From assembly GCF_001194135.2 (NCBI RefSeq), contig NC_068981.1, positions 122,999,974-123,049,504 of the forward strand: a stretch of DNA of 49,531 nucleotides. The letters run 5' to 3'. The stretch comes from Octopus bimaculoides (Eukaryota). This document shows positions 12,065 through 25,087 of the stretch, piece after piece (position 1 is the first letter of the stretch; each line of letters starts with the position of its first letter). The notes beneath the pieces were generated by a model. The model saw nothing but the letters and a program-made list of their open reading frames with translations. It did not search any database and was not told the origin of the DNA. Position numbers and translations under genes: made by a program.

Positions 12065-12923
12065 NNNNNNNNNNNNNNNNNNNNNNNNNNNNNNNNNNNN
12101 NNNNNNNNNNNNNNNNNNNNNNNNNNNNNNNNNNNNNNNNNNNNNNNNNNNNNNNNNNNNNNNNNNNNNNNNNNNNNNNNNNNNNNNNNNNNNNNNNNNN
12201 NNNNNNNNNNNNNNNNNNNNNNNNNNNNNNNNNNNNNNNNNNNNNNNNNNNNNNNNNNNNNNNNNNNNNNNNNNNNNNNNNNNNNNNNNNNNNNNNNNNN
12301 NNNNNNNNNNNNNNNNNNNNNNNNNNNNNNNNNNNNNNNNNNNNNNNNNNNNNNNNNNNNNNNNNNNNNNNNNNNNNNNNNNNNNNNNNNNNNNNNNNNN
12401 NNNNNNNNNNNNNNNNNNNNNNNNNNNNNNNNNNNNNNNNNNNNNNNNNNNNNNNNNNNNNNNNNNNNNNNNNNNNNNNNNNNNNNNNNNNNNNNNNNNN
12501 NNNNNNNNNNNNNNNNNNNNNNNNNNNNNNNNNNNNNNNNNNNNNNNNNNNNNNNNNNNNNNNNNNNNNNNNNNNNNNNNNNNNNNNNNNNNNNNNNNNN
12601 NNNNNNNNNNNNNNNNNNNNNNNNNNNNNNNNNNNNNNNNNNNNNNNNNNNNNNNNNNNNNNNNNNNNNNNNNNNNNNNNNNNNNNNNNNNNNNNNNNNN
12701 NNNNNNNNNNNNNNNNNNNNNNNNNNNNNNNNNNNNNNNNNNNNNNNNNNNNNNNNNNNNNNNNNNNNNNNNNNNNNNNNNNNNNNNNNNNNNNNNNNNN
12801 NNNNNNNNNNNNNNNNNNNNNNNNNNNNNNNNNNNNNNNNNNNNNNNNNNNNNNNNNNNNNNNNNNNNNNNNNNNNNNNNNNNNNNNNNNNNNNNNNNNN
12901 NNNNNNNNNNNNNNNNNNNNNNT

Positions 12924-12945
12924 TCTTCTTCTTCTTCTTCTTCTT

Positions 12946-13028
<83 letters not shown>

Positions 13029-13037
13029 TAATATTAA

Positions 13038-13098
<61 letters not shown>
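12924..13098. repeat. Compound (CTT)n-(ATT)n microsatellite next to gap
   Basis: Direct reading; source of the poly-L/I/K/N pseudo-ORFs. Confidence 0.95.
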
Positions 13099-13100
<2 letters not shown>

Positions 13101-13333
13101 GGTGGTGAGCTGACAGAATTGTTAGTGCTCCGGGCAAAATGCTTAACGGCATCTCGTCCGTCTTCACATTTTGAGTTTCAATTCCGCCGGTTCGACTTTA
13201 CCTTTCATCCTTTCGACGTCGATAGAATAAGCACCAGTTGAGTACTGGCTCGATGTATTCGAATATCCACACACCCCAAATTCCAGACATTGTGCCTATA
13301 GTAGAATAGGTTATTATTATTATTTTTATTATT
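13101..13333 (+). mobile_element. tRNA-derived SINE (family A)
   Basis: Head ggtgagctgacagaa (A-box-like), gagtttcaattcc (B-box-like), core gactttacctttcatcctttcg..gtcgatagaataag.accagttgag; (TTA) tail; core recurs at 27609, 44890 and 47998. Confidence 0.75.
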
Positions 13334-14329
13334 AGTAAGCTAACAGATTCATTAATGCCTCGAAGACAATGCCTAGTGAAATTTCTTGATACATTGCCTT
13401 CTTATCGCAAATCCGGCGAGGTTAACGTTGGCATTCATACTTCAGAATCAAGAAAAGAAATTACTTCTGATGTACTGGGATTCATGTCAACGACTAGAGC
13501 ACTTCCTAGAAAGTTGCTGCTGTTGTGCCAGAATTAGAAAGAATGACTGTTATTTCTGTGATTATGCATGATGTTATTTTGAAAACACACTTATTGAAAA
13601 ACAAATAAAAATTTTATTACAAAATAACATTGTCCCCCGCGAGATATTCACTAGGTAATTTGAATGTATATGTAGGATGATTATATACTACAAAGGCTAT
13701 TAAGAAGGAAATATGTTTCCTGAAATTGAATAATTATAAAAAATAGATTTAAACATAATGATTTAGTGATACTTGAATCCAGAATACTACTTTTTTTCAG
13801 ATTAAAGGTATATGTTTTTTGGCGAATGATGAATTATGAAATGAAATTTCGAAGTTAATATTTCTGTGATAAGTCTGAATTACATATGTTGAGTTCTTTC
13901 TTGATGTTGTTGTTCAATACGAACAAAAACACATACACACATACACCCTTTCTTATATATNNNNNNNNNNNNNNNNNNNNNNNNNNNNNNNNNNNNNNNN
14001 NNNNNNNNNNNNNNNNNNNNNNNNNNNNNNNNNNNNNNNNNNNNNNNNNNNNNNNNNNNNNNNNNNNNNNNNNNNNNNNNNNNNNNNNNNNNNNNNNNNN
14101 NNNNNNNNNNNNNNNNNNNNNNNNNNNNNNNNNNNNNNNNNNNNNNNNNNNNNNNNNNNNNNNNNNNNNNNNNNNNNNNNNNNNNNNNNNNNNNNNNNNN
14201 NNNNNNNNNNNNNNNNNNNNNNNNNNNNNNNNNNNNNNNNNNNNNTATATATACATACATATATATATATATATATGAGTGTGGGTGTGTGCGTGTTTGT
14301 GTGAATGCATACATACATACATACATACA

Positions 14330-14362
<33 letters not shown>

Positions 14363-14730
14363 GCATGCATACATACCTATGACTATAATATTAAATTCTG
14401 TAACGATATTACTGTTATGCCTCAAATGACGTAAATATACCAATTTGATATACAAAAATATATTCTGGCTCTTATAAAATATGACGAATGTTTGTAATCT
14501 GTAACTAGAAGCTACTTTAAGTCAAACTATCTGTATCAAACAAATATTTTAGTAAGAGTTAAGAAATAACTATAGAACAAAATATCTTATCTGATGGGAT
14601 CTAAGACGCACTTTTTAACAGATGTCTCAAGGAAATTCATTCAGTTTTTATATAGAAAGTTGAGCTTATATTTCATGCTTAACACCACGTAAAACTTTTT
14701 TCCTAAATATGTACTGCCGAAATGTGAAAC

Positions 14731-14930
14731 CGTGTGACTTAGTGGCTAGAGTATTCGGCTGACGATCGTAAGGTCGTGATTTCGATTGCTGGCACGTTTA
14801 AGCACGTTTATCTAGTTCACTTAGCTGGCAAAAATGAGTAGCACTTGTATTTCAAAGAGGCTTGTCACATTCTATGGCAGGTTCAATCTTACAGAGAACT
14901 ATGTTAACGGTGCAACTAATAACACCGTGC
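14731..14930 (+). mobile_element. tRNA-derived SINE (family C), degenerate
   Basis: tRNA-like head gtgacttagtggctagagtattcggct..cgtaaggtcgtgatttcgattgc plus body homologous to 4755-4985. Confidence 0.65.
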
Positions 14931-15551
14931 GTATTTTCTATCAAATACGATACGTTAACAATTTGTTAAGTAATAAGTTCTCAATATCATTATGTTGCAT
15001 AATATCACATTAGAGTAAAATAATTACAGATTTAACAGGAAGACGTTCTATTCAAGAAGGATCATTATAATTCACTGCGGATCTTTGCAATTTGGTTACC
15101 CATAAAAGAACACCAGCATGCGTTTGACTGCATTTATATGTGTGACCGTAAATGTACAAAATTATGTTGATTATTACTAGAGTAAATGTATTAAGCCCTC
15201 GGTTAGTCAAGATTTAAACTTATTTAGATATATTAAAATTGCATTAAATTTGAATAAAAATTGTAAAGTAAATAGTAACATATATGATATAATTAAATGA
15301 TTATTAAGCAACAAGTTATTTCAGTGACATGTATAAGCAACTGTTTCTGGTATGTTGATGATACAGGAAAAAGATCAAATATTCAACTCTAGACAAGTTG
15401 TCAAGAGTGTAAGTTACTTATATTTTATTTGATAGGCAATCAAGGTATATGAACACTCTTATGAAGATGAAATGTTCAAGCAATTACTGTTTAACTCTAG
15501 TTGTACCGGCCGGAGCTATGTACACTGGAATCATAGATGAGAAGTTAGAGT

Positions 15552-15555
<4 letters not shown>

Positions 15556-15647
<92 letters not shown>
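15556..15647. repeat. (GA)46 microsatellite
   Basis: Direct reading. Confidence 0.95.
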
Positions 15648-15650
<3 letters not shown>

Positions 15651-16009
15651 TAGCGTGTACTGATAGATTAACACCTTGCATAGGTAGGCCTCATTGAAGA
15701 TTCTGTCTTCACAAAATGTATTTCGCTTTAATGGAACCCACTTTGAAGGCTCTGATGAACAAAGCTTTACAGGATATAGAACTGTATGTAAAATCTATCA
15801 GGCTAAAAGGCTGTGACCTTTTCCCACCAGAACTAAGTCATTTGAAATTAATATGTCCTTAATACCAACACTCCCTTCGATTTTACCTCATTAGCGTTCT
15901 GCTATGCAGTCAGTGATACCGTGTAAACTTGCGGACAATTTCAATAACGTGTATGTTTAACGTAATTCTCAAGTAATGAGCGTGTGACAGTGCTACACTG
16001 CAGACCATC

Positions 16010-16150
16010 CGACAGGCTTCTATAGAGTTTACATCTATCCAAGTGACTCTCAACTCTTCGCTCGACAATTGGTATGTTAAAAGCATATACCCAAGATACC
16101 ATGCAGAGGGTTGAGCTATAACAATCAGGCTTAGGAACCGAACTTCTTAA
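16010..16150 (-). mobile_element. SINE (family B) head, degenerate
   Basis: Reverse complement resembles the head of the 28543 copy (..taagaag.tt.gttcc.aa..catggtatcttggg..). Confidence 0.5.
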
Positions 16151-17043
16151 TCACTGAACTATGCTTGTCTCAATCCACCCACAATACTAATGATATGAAT
16201 TAAGTTCGAATTTGGGTTAGGATGGGAAACAGCTTAGGATACAAATAACTTAATTATGCACTCGAAAGATGAAGTTAAAATAGCTGCCACAACGACAGTT
16301 TATTTTGTACATGTATGCATTTAATCAGTTATCAGGACAGATACTCTGCGTGAATTCGAAAACTTAAAAATGACAAAAACTGAGAAAGTTAGCATACTGC
16401 CATAAGCTTCCATGTCAGTACTATAACAAGCGAATGAAAACCAAATGGCTTTATTATATCATCTATAGGACAGCCTTTGACAGTTTTAGTCTATCTAATT
16501 TTACACATATCCGTTGAATGACTCAGGGCTATGATAAAAGACATTTACCAAAGATGGCACATAGTAAGATTGAACATAGATTTCGTTATTCAGAATCAAA
16601 GCTACTAGCCACTTGACCATATGAATGTATGTGCGTGAGAGAGAGGGAGGAGAAATAGAAAGAGAGGGAAAGAGAGATCAATTGGATAAATGTCACTTCA
16701 AGCATTCTAACATCTCTCTAAACTTCGTCCAAAATATATTTGGTCCTGGCACTGTTTTAAAGTATTTACCTTACTCAACACAAAAGACTTTCGAGTTGTA
16801 GAGGATACAAGTTAGGCAGAGAAGCATTAGAACTCAAAACGAAAAGAAATGAAACAAATAACCCAAAACCTTTTGTTAGTATACGTAAGACTTCTGAGAG
16901 GCCTACGCAATACCCACACACCAGACTCACACATACACATACATACACACATACATACTTGCATACATAGAAAATAAATAATATATGGGGTGTATGAGTG
17001 TATGTTTTAGTCACCCTATACACACACACATGGACACACACAT

Positions 17044-17074
<31 letters not shown>

Positions 17075-17576
17075 GAGAGAGAGAGAGACAGAGAAATAGA
17101 TTCATAAATAGACTGAGAGAGAGAGAGAGAGGAATATACTACCTCTAAATATTCCATCTAGCGCGGGGACTAAAGCTCCGAATTTGTAAAATGTGTGTTG
17201 TGTGAAGTGTAAAATTGTAATAGTGTGAACTCGGAATTTTTTTAATATATCAGTTATTTCTTCTAATTTTCAAGTGCTTTTCTGGTATGAACTTTTTAGC
17301 TGATATATCAAAATATTATTCTCTGATATGTTTTATTTTTTCCTAACGGTATCAAGCTCTCTGGTAAAAACTTTCTATATGAGAAACAAAACATTGAAAT
17401 TGTAAGACATTTACTGCTACTATTCATTACTAATGCGACTGTACTCATGGTGGGTCGGTTGGTGGGTAGGTGCTTCCCACATATCTACTGTTTTTAACAA
17501 TAGAGTGTACGATATAAACGGAAAAATGTATCTATGATCCTGTATTTCTGTCGCATTTTATGAACATCTCATAACT

Positions 17577-17613
<37 letters not shown>

Positions 17614-20600
17614 TGCACGCGCGCACGCACACACATTTATGGCGAATATAAAATTGCATAATAATATGTATGGTTGACAGTAATGTGTCGTTTTTTGCTT
17701 GCTTTTTTCTTTAGATAATACACCTGCCATTCATTTCTGAATGACATTCACATCCATCTTTATTTTTTTCTGTTATATTTCATTATTCTTGCACATTTAA
17801 TCCGGAATATATTTTCACATTCAATTCATACTTACTATACTATTCATTTGTTATCCAGTTTTAACTGACACTTTCTTAAAACATGTGTTATACTTCTTCT
17901 CGCTCACATATTTTCTCTCACTTCTTTTGTTCCAGGTGTCGCGAATAACTATATTTTTATGTCCATATTTTTTTCTATTTGGTAAATCTTAGTAGCAAGA
18001 TATGGAACACTTGCAATGAAATCTGCCATATTTTTATTCATGAATGAATAAGTGTTGAGGCGTTAAACTATTTACGTGAAAAAATATATTTTTTCTAACT
18101 TGAATCATACATTTAGTTTCAAATTCGATTATTCGACTTGAAATATTAAAAAAATACTCCAGAGAAAGGTAAGTAATATGATCGCTTCCTATTTCCTATA
18201 ATGTTTACAGTAATAGAAGTTTTTAAATACTTATTTGACAAGACCGCACGCGACTAAACTGATTGATCAAATGTTATGTAGGAAAACAAACGTCAGTTAT
18301 ACAAAATGCTCAGGCTGTGACACATCTTAAGGAGAAAAAGGGAAAGAGAACGAAGAGGCAGATGAAGACTTTAATTGTGCCTCTTTGCAATTTCACCTGC
18401 CTTGTCATTTCAAATGCTTTTCCACCATCATTGTTAGTATATGTTTGAGCATGATTATTTCTACTGGAAAACGATATCTGTTGCTACTGAGTAATTGATT
18501 AATGTAGCAACATATAAGTTATTTTTCTGATATTGCACCGTTCTCGCAAATATTATTTTGATATTTTTCCCGCCAAAATCAGTCGAATAATAGTAGGACA
18601 AAATACATGCTTATCACTAGTTGATTTAGGTTATGCAGGAAGAGACACCACTTGGAAAAACTAGAAGCTGAGGAGAATAAACTTCAGCTTATGAACCAAC
18701 CACGCAGCCATGACATGCAGTATTAAAAATTATACCAAGACAGGAAATGAACGGAATTTGATAGAAATTTGAAACAAGAGTTCATATCACATAAGCTACA
18801 CAGAATAATCACATCGAAAACCCCTTTGTGTACATCTAGTGAATGTATCCTGCATCAGAAGAGTTATTACCCAAAACTGTCCAACGGCATGCAGCAGTCA
18901 TCGAGTGTTTCGACCCTGAACCGTAAGACAAAGAAGAGGGGCGGTGATTTGGCAATAAATTCTCCTCCTCTCGTTTCCACCTGAGCTCCTCTCTATTAGT
19001 TCACAACAAACAAGAGGATCTTCCTGCATCGTCTCCTATCCTGTAAGCTTCTGCATTTCTCTTCCTGAGCAATCATTTTAGTAATTACAAAATTTGAAAT
19101 GAGAATGTCAGTGAAAAATAGCCATACGCTAATGTTACTTATGAAAGGGAAGTTTTATTTTATTTGGATTGTTTGACAAGCATTGAGAATGTTTGAAGCA
19201 AGTATGGACGTTTAGGAGAAGCTTAAGAAAATGCTTTAGGCAGGCAAAGGGTTATATAAGCAATACAGGGAAGCGGTAGCATTGTGTATATTCCAAATTT
19301 TTACTGCTTTGAGCTCACTTCTAGTTTTGGTTTTGTTTCAGCTAGATGTGTATTCCGTGCAGTGTTTCTGGCGGGTGGATTTACATAAACTAAGAGTTTT
19401 TCCTTCAACAATATATGTAGAAAGCGAAATATCAGTGCAAAATGTCAACGTTTGTGGTGCAATTGAAAGATGCATAATAAAGATTTTCTGTGTAAGTTAG
19501 GATAAAAGAAATATTTTATATTCAAATTTCAGAAAAAGCTAATTTCGTTGAGAATAAAATTATTCTTTTAATTAAATCATAAATTTGCCAATGATGCGCA
19601 TTAATTAGTACATTTCACGTGCCAATAATTGTTTATTTTCCCCTTAAATAATAAAAAATAATCAATACAAATAATTAATAATTAAAATAATGAATACTAC
19701 TGCTTCTAATAAATGTAGAATTCTAAAATATAACCGAAAATTAATCAGCTAAATTAAAATTTGATAAATTAATGGACACGGGCATTAAAAATTCATCCTT
19801 CGCCAAATTCATTATATAAAAAAAAAATATTTCTTCATTTTATTTAAATGACTTTTAAAAATTGATATTTGCATTCGGGTATCAATGTAAGGAATAATTT
19901 TAAAATCATGTTCAAAAATACTGAAAATTGGGTTTTCTTTATATTTTTATATTACATTTACTGTTATTCTTCTAAATATTGTGAAACCCACAAAGAAAAT
20001 AATTCTTAGCCTTTATATTTTCTAAGTCTTCTCTCAACAACTATTAATTTTGTCTGTACAAAGAGTTAACTGAAAAAGAGTAGACCAGCAGGAAAATTTC
20101 GGGTACTAGCGTAAAAATATTCTTCTGTATTTGAACCGGGAAAATAAAGGACAAACATTTCAAGTTAAATAATATATCTTTGATAGGATGCGAATGGAAA
20201 AAAGATAAGGAAAAGATTTAATGGAAGGCTAAAATGCTATGAAACAGCATACTGGTAATGCAATTAAGATTCAACGTCTTTCTCCCATAGGCCTTCTCTG
20301 CATGTGCCTAATGGTGATAATGTCTCATTTTTGTGCTGTTTTGATGATAATAACTTAAATTTTGTACATTTGAAGGAATTTTGTTTGGTCAAACTTCTTC
20401 CTGGACATTATCTTTGATAGGCCAGCGTTTGAGCTTACCAACAGCAAAGAGAGTTGAATGTACAGAGCATCATGGGCCGAGATACCGAGATTGTTGTCTT
20501 CGGTAGAGATACATTTTGACTTTTAGTGGTGACAGTTTGAACCCCACGAAAACAAATAGCGCAACGTCTATTTCTCATTACATTTAAGCCGACAGGCTAC

Positions 20601-21509
20601 GGCGATCTATTTGATATTCACTAGGAAAGCTAAAGTACAACTTTGTCATACTTTCTCTTACATACATAAATACATATTGCTGTATTCATAAATTTCAGTG
20701 CAGCGTTGGTTGGAATAAAACTCTGAGAGAAAGGTATATGATGTTCAGCAAGAAAAACAGCAATAACTTTAGCAACACTAACAACAAAAATAAATATAGC
20801 AAACATAAAAGAAACAAAAATCTACGAAAGATAAAAGCGTAAAACAAATCAAAAATATAAAAATACAAAGCATGTCTGTCAATTGATCACATTAATATTT
20901 CAATGTTAATCTATTATCTAATTTCTAGGTAGCACATTCATTTGCCAACCCAGCACTTCCGAGCATCAGTTTTACATCATAAATCTTTAAGCTTTCTAAC
21001 AGTGTTTGAAGCTGAGGAAATTTATCACCAATGAAAAAGCAGAAAAAGAAAAAAGTAAAATATCGTCCAACTGAACAGCAAACTGAAGCCAAAGGCAACT
21101 CACCGGAGATAGCATCTGATATATGCATAAAAAACATATTTACAATATTTCATATTTTTCTCTCAGTATATGTTGCGTTTAGTAATTCTGTTTCGTTTCA
21201 TATTTAATAAATTATCATCGAGTTTGAGTTCCCAAAAGATTCATATGCACTTTCATTATTAGAAAAAGTAATTATTAAAGGCCTCTACATATGTACATAT
21301 ATGCGTTTGTGTAGACGGGTGTGACTGTTTACATGCTTGTGTACATAATACAGGCATATATATATATTTATATACACGACACACATATATAGTGTATATT
21401 TATATGCCTGGGAAAGTTTGTGAATGTACTGTCTATGTATGTGCGTTTATATACGGTGTCGGTTTGAAATCATATATTTATGATGTTATTCAAGTAGACG
21501 CTTTTGGGG

Positions 21510-21660
21510 TTCAATAATTAAGGAGTTAGTTTTAAAATCATACGGTTCGAATGTGATCTTACTGCGAAGCATCTTCGGCAAGTGTCACTTATATAGTCCT
21601 TTATTGACGCAAGGCCTGTGAGTGCAATATGGTTCACGGAAATAGTTTGGATCAACTCTA
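21510..21660 (+). mobile_element. SINE (family B), degenerate
   Basis: catacggttcgaatgtgatcttactgcgaagcatcttcggcaagtgtc...aaggcctgtgagtg resembles the 28543 copy. Confidence 0.45.
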
Positions 21661-22724
21661 CCTGTAATTCTAAGATTCAGGTTTGTCGTGCATTGTATCA
21701 CAAAAATTGATCCTGAGAATTACATTATGAGAACAGGGTTTGTGAAATATTGAACTACTTATAAATTCATTGAGCAAGCATTTCCGTAGTTCAAACCGTT
21801 GGACCAATCGGCGTGGAAACTGATGATGATATCAATTTGTATTAGCAACCATCTCCAATTTATCCAATTTAGTCCCAATTTATCCCATATCGATAACTCC
21901 ACTCTTCATTACTCAGGCTGTCTCGCGATTGGATATTTTCGGGTATACTTCTGCAAACAAAATCTATGAAAGCAAATGGATGTATGACGACGGAATCATT
22001 TAAAATTACTAAGCCAACTATATCTCATATGCTTATGCAAAACTTAATCTTACGTACATGCAACATAACTTCCATAAATTTACACGGTGATCATATGGCA
22101 TTTAGAGACAGAAATAATGAAACTGTATTTGAAATTATAGTTGTATATTAAATAGTAACTGATTATCTTCAATGCACAACGCACAACGCAGCATTTGAAT
22201 GCACAATTCACACCGCAATATTTCAAGTATTCTTTGGAATAACAACATTCAGCTCTGTGCGAAACATCTCAATCTGATTTACTAGCAAACGTTCATTTCC
22301 CAACTAGTCATGAGCATGCTAACGATATTACATCTATAAACTGTATATATATATATATATATATATATNNNNNNNNNNNNNNNNNNNNNNNNNNNNNNNN
22401 NNNNNNNNNNNNNNNNNNNNNNNNNNNNNNNNNNNNNNNNNNNNNNNNNNNNNNNNNNNNNNNNNNNNNNNNNNNNNNNNNNNNNNNNNNNNNNNNNNNN
22501 NNNNNNNNNNNNNNNNNNNNNNNNNNNNNNNNNNNNNNNNNNNNNNNNNNNNNNNNNNNNNNNNNNNNNNNNNNNNNNNNNNNNNNNNNNNNNNNNNNNN
22601 NNNNNNNNNNNNNNNNNNNNNNNNNNNNNNNNNNNNNNNNNNNNNNNNNNNNNNNNNNNNNNNNNNNNNNNNNNNNNNNNNNNNNNNNNNNNNNNNNNNN
22701 NNNNNNNNNNNNNNNNNNNNNNNN

Positions 22725-22768
<44 letters not shown>

Positions 22769-22778
22769 TGTGCGTTGC

Positions 22779-22786
22779 TGACGTCA
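22779..22786. promoter_or_regulatory. Perfect palindromic CRE (TGACGTCA) in intron 2
   Basis: Exact match to the CREB/ATF consensus; function not shown. Confidence 0.35.
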
Positions 22787-23784
22787 TAAGGATATTATAA
22801 GCTTTCTAGAGAACGTCAGATAAATATTTTGTGGAAATTCGCTTTCGAGGCACTATGTATAATACTATATAAATACTGGTTTGAGAACCTATTTTGGATA
22901 AAAGTGAAAGTCTGTCCGTGAGACTCAATTCCCTGTCTGTTATAATACAGGTGACGTGCGTTTGACTTCTATAGGAAAACTTCGACATTTTCTATCCAAA
23001 ATGGTATTTCAGCCCAATATTTGCATGCAAGTATTTAGAGTTCCAATGTTCTAAAAATAGATATGTAAGTGCGCGTGTATGTATATATATATACACACAC
23101 AGACCAAACATACACGCTTCATGTATGTACATCTATCTGAAAATAGATGTCTGTCTCATATTCAAAGTAGTTTTACATTAGTTATTTACATTAGTTATTA
23201 CTGTTTTACGTCCACGAATTCTTCGTGTTTTCTGAAACCTTTGGAACGATGTCGTCATGTTTCATAGCTTCAAGTTAGAATTTACTTGATTTCTATTCTG
23301 TATGAAGCATTCTAATTATTTTTATTCCCAAAAATATATTTTAAAAAAATTACCGCCCGGAAGAAATTTTTAAGAATCTATTGTGCGTAATGCAATAGTC
23401 TCTGAGGCAAAAACGCTATTAATATCATGAAATTAATTACAGAACAGCAGCTTAATTACTATCACACGTATAGGGTCATTATGTATTTAGACCAGGCTAA
23501 CAAACTTGAAAATTTGATGTACTTATATAAGAAATTATATTGAATCTACAGTTTGTTTCATTGGCACTTGTATGTTTAATGGATATTTCAACGCGCTATA
23601 TTTTGAACTTTATAAACTAAACTTAGAAACGATATCATATATTTCATTAAGTGAATTGTCATTCCGAAGAATCTGTCATTTTTTTTTATCAAAAATACCA
23701 ATAATAACAATGCAAAGAATGTTTATAAGGAACTAGCAGATTATGAACGATATCAACACAAATATTAGTACCATGTGAGCCTAC

Positions 23785-23886
23785 CTGTTCAAGATGGCTT
23801 CTGGCATCTGCTGCTGGTGCTGATAGAGCTGGTGACGTCAGCAGGAAGAGACAAACACTAACTAATGCAATTAATCGACAGTCCAT
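23785..23886 (-). CDS. whitnin: Whitnin/PKYMDT precursor coding exon: signal peptide and start of first peptide (MDCRLIALVSVCLFLLTSPALSAPAADARSHLEQ)
   Basis: Acceptor tttttctttcattgcag|CAAACA-ATG (exon starts 23892); hydrophobic core LIALVSVCLFLL followed by an ALS|AP cleavage-type motif; donor CAG|gtaggc at 23784; 102 nt, phase 0. Confidence 0.92.
23833..23840. promoter_or_regulatory. Perfect CRE (TGACGTCA) inside the signal-peptide exon
   Basis: Exact consensus match overlapping the Leu-Thr-Ser codons; function not shown. Confidence 0.25.
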
Positions 23887-25087
23887 TGTTTGCTGCAATG
23901 AAAGAAAAATTAAGTTATATAGTAAAAAAGAAAATTTGATTTAATTACGAAAAAATCTTTTTGTTTGATAAACGTACATATTTGCCGTTTTGTACGACTT
24001 CTTTTAGTCCCTCTCATTGACATTGTTTTATTCACACACACGCACACGCACACACACACACATACACATACACACACAAACACAGACGTGCATACACACA
24101 ATCACACATGCGCAACCAGACACGTGAACACAAATATATATATACATATATATAACATACATAAATGCATATACATATACTCACACGTATAGATGTTTGT
24201 CTGTGTGTGTGTATGTATATATGTATATGTATATATAAATGGGTGTGTATGTGTGTTTGAGTGCAATTTATCTGTGTGTATAAAACGATTCACTGCACAG
24301 TAAAATGATGGTTACGAAAACATAACATTTCCCTATTCTCATTAACAGTATAAGGATATATTTTCACTGGCTTCAGAGAAAGAAACCATTAATTTTTTCT
24401 TAAAAAATTAATAAACTTTACAATCATTGTTTCTCAACTAGTAATCATTATTATACGCTCGCCTTTCATTTATACCAGACTACAGAAATGTGTGTTTGTC
24501 ACACATGACGTTTTGTATGTATGTATGTATGTATGTATGTATGTATATATGTATGTGTGTATGCATGCATGTACGCATGTGCGCGTGTAGGTATGCATAC
24601 ATAGATATACGAATGCATGCATGTATGTATTTGTAACAGAGTGTTTTTGTTGTTGGCTTAATGCGCATCATTGTCAATGTCATCAACAGAATCAAATGAA
24701 TTAATATGTATATAATTCTCTGTATATGAATGTGTGTGTGAGTGTGTGTGTGTGTTAGTGTGTGTGTGTAAGTGTGTGTGTGTGTGTGTGTGTGTAGGGG
24801 AGCACGCGCCTGCACTTGCGTGCGTATATACTTACCACCACGACTACTACCACCACCGCTGCCACCACTACCATCATCATTATAATCATTATCGTTGTCG
24901 TTATATTGTCATCGGTTACCGTCAGCATTATCGTTATCTATCGCATATAGAAATCAGAATTGTTGTAATCGTTGCTTTTATTTTGATTTTAGTCCTATTT
25001 GTCTCTTTTGCTATTGTCATTACGAGAAGAGTAACAATGGAGAATATTGCCCAACTGAGTATAAGAATATTATCAACGTTTGCTTAC

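Noticed and set aside
20435-20578. 47-aa minus-strand ORF ending ...MMLCTFNSLCCW*, superficially like a Cys-rich neuropeptide
   Set aside because: No signal peptide, no dibasic site before the motif, no amidation Gly and no convincing acceptor.
20925-21137. 70-aa ORF with a hydrophobic stretch (YFTFFFFCFFIG)
   Set aside because: The hydrophobic run comes from an intronic T-rich tract; only the 12-nt microexon candidate inside it has splice signals.
23689-23784. Extension of the signal-peptide ORF past HLEQ (VGSHGTN...YYWYF)
   Set aside because: Read-through into the intron after a clear CAG|gtaggc donor; the spliced form restores the family architecture.
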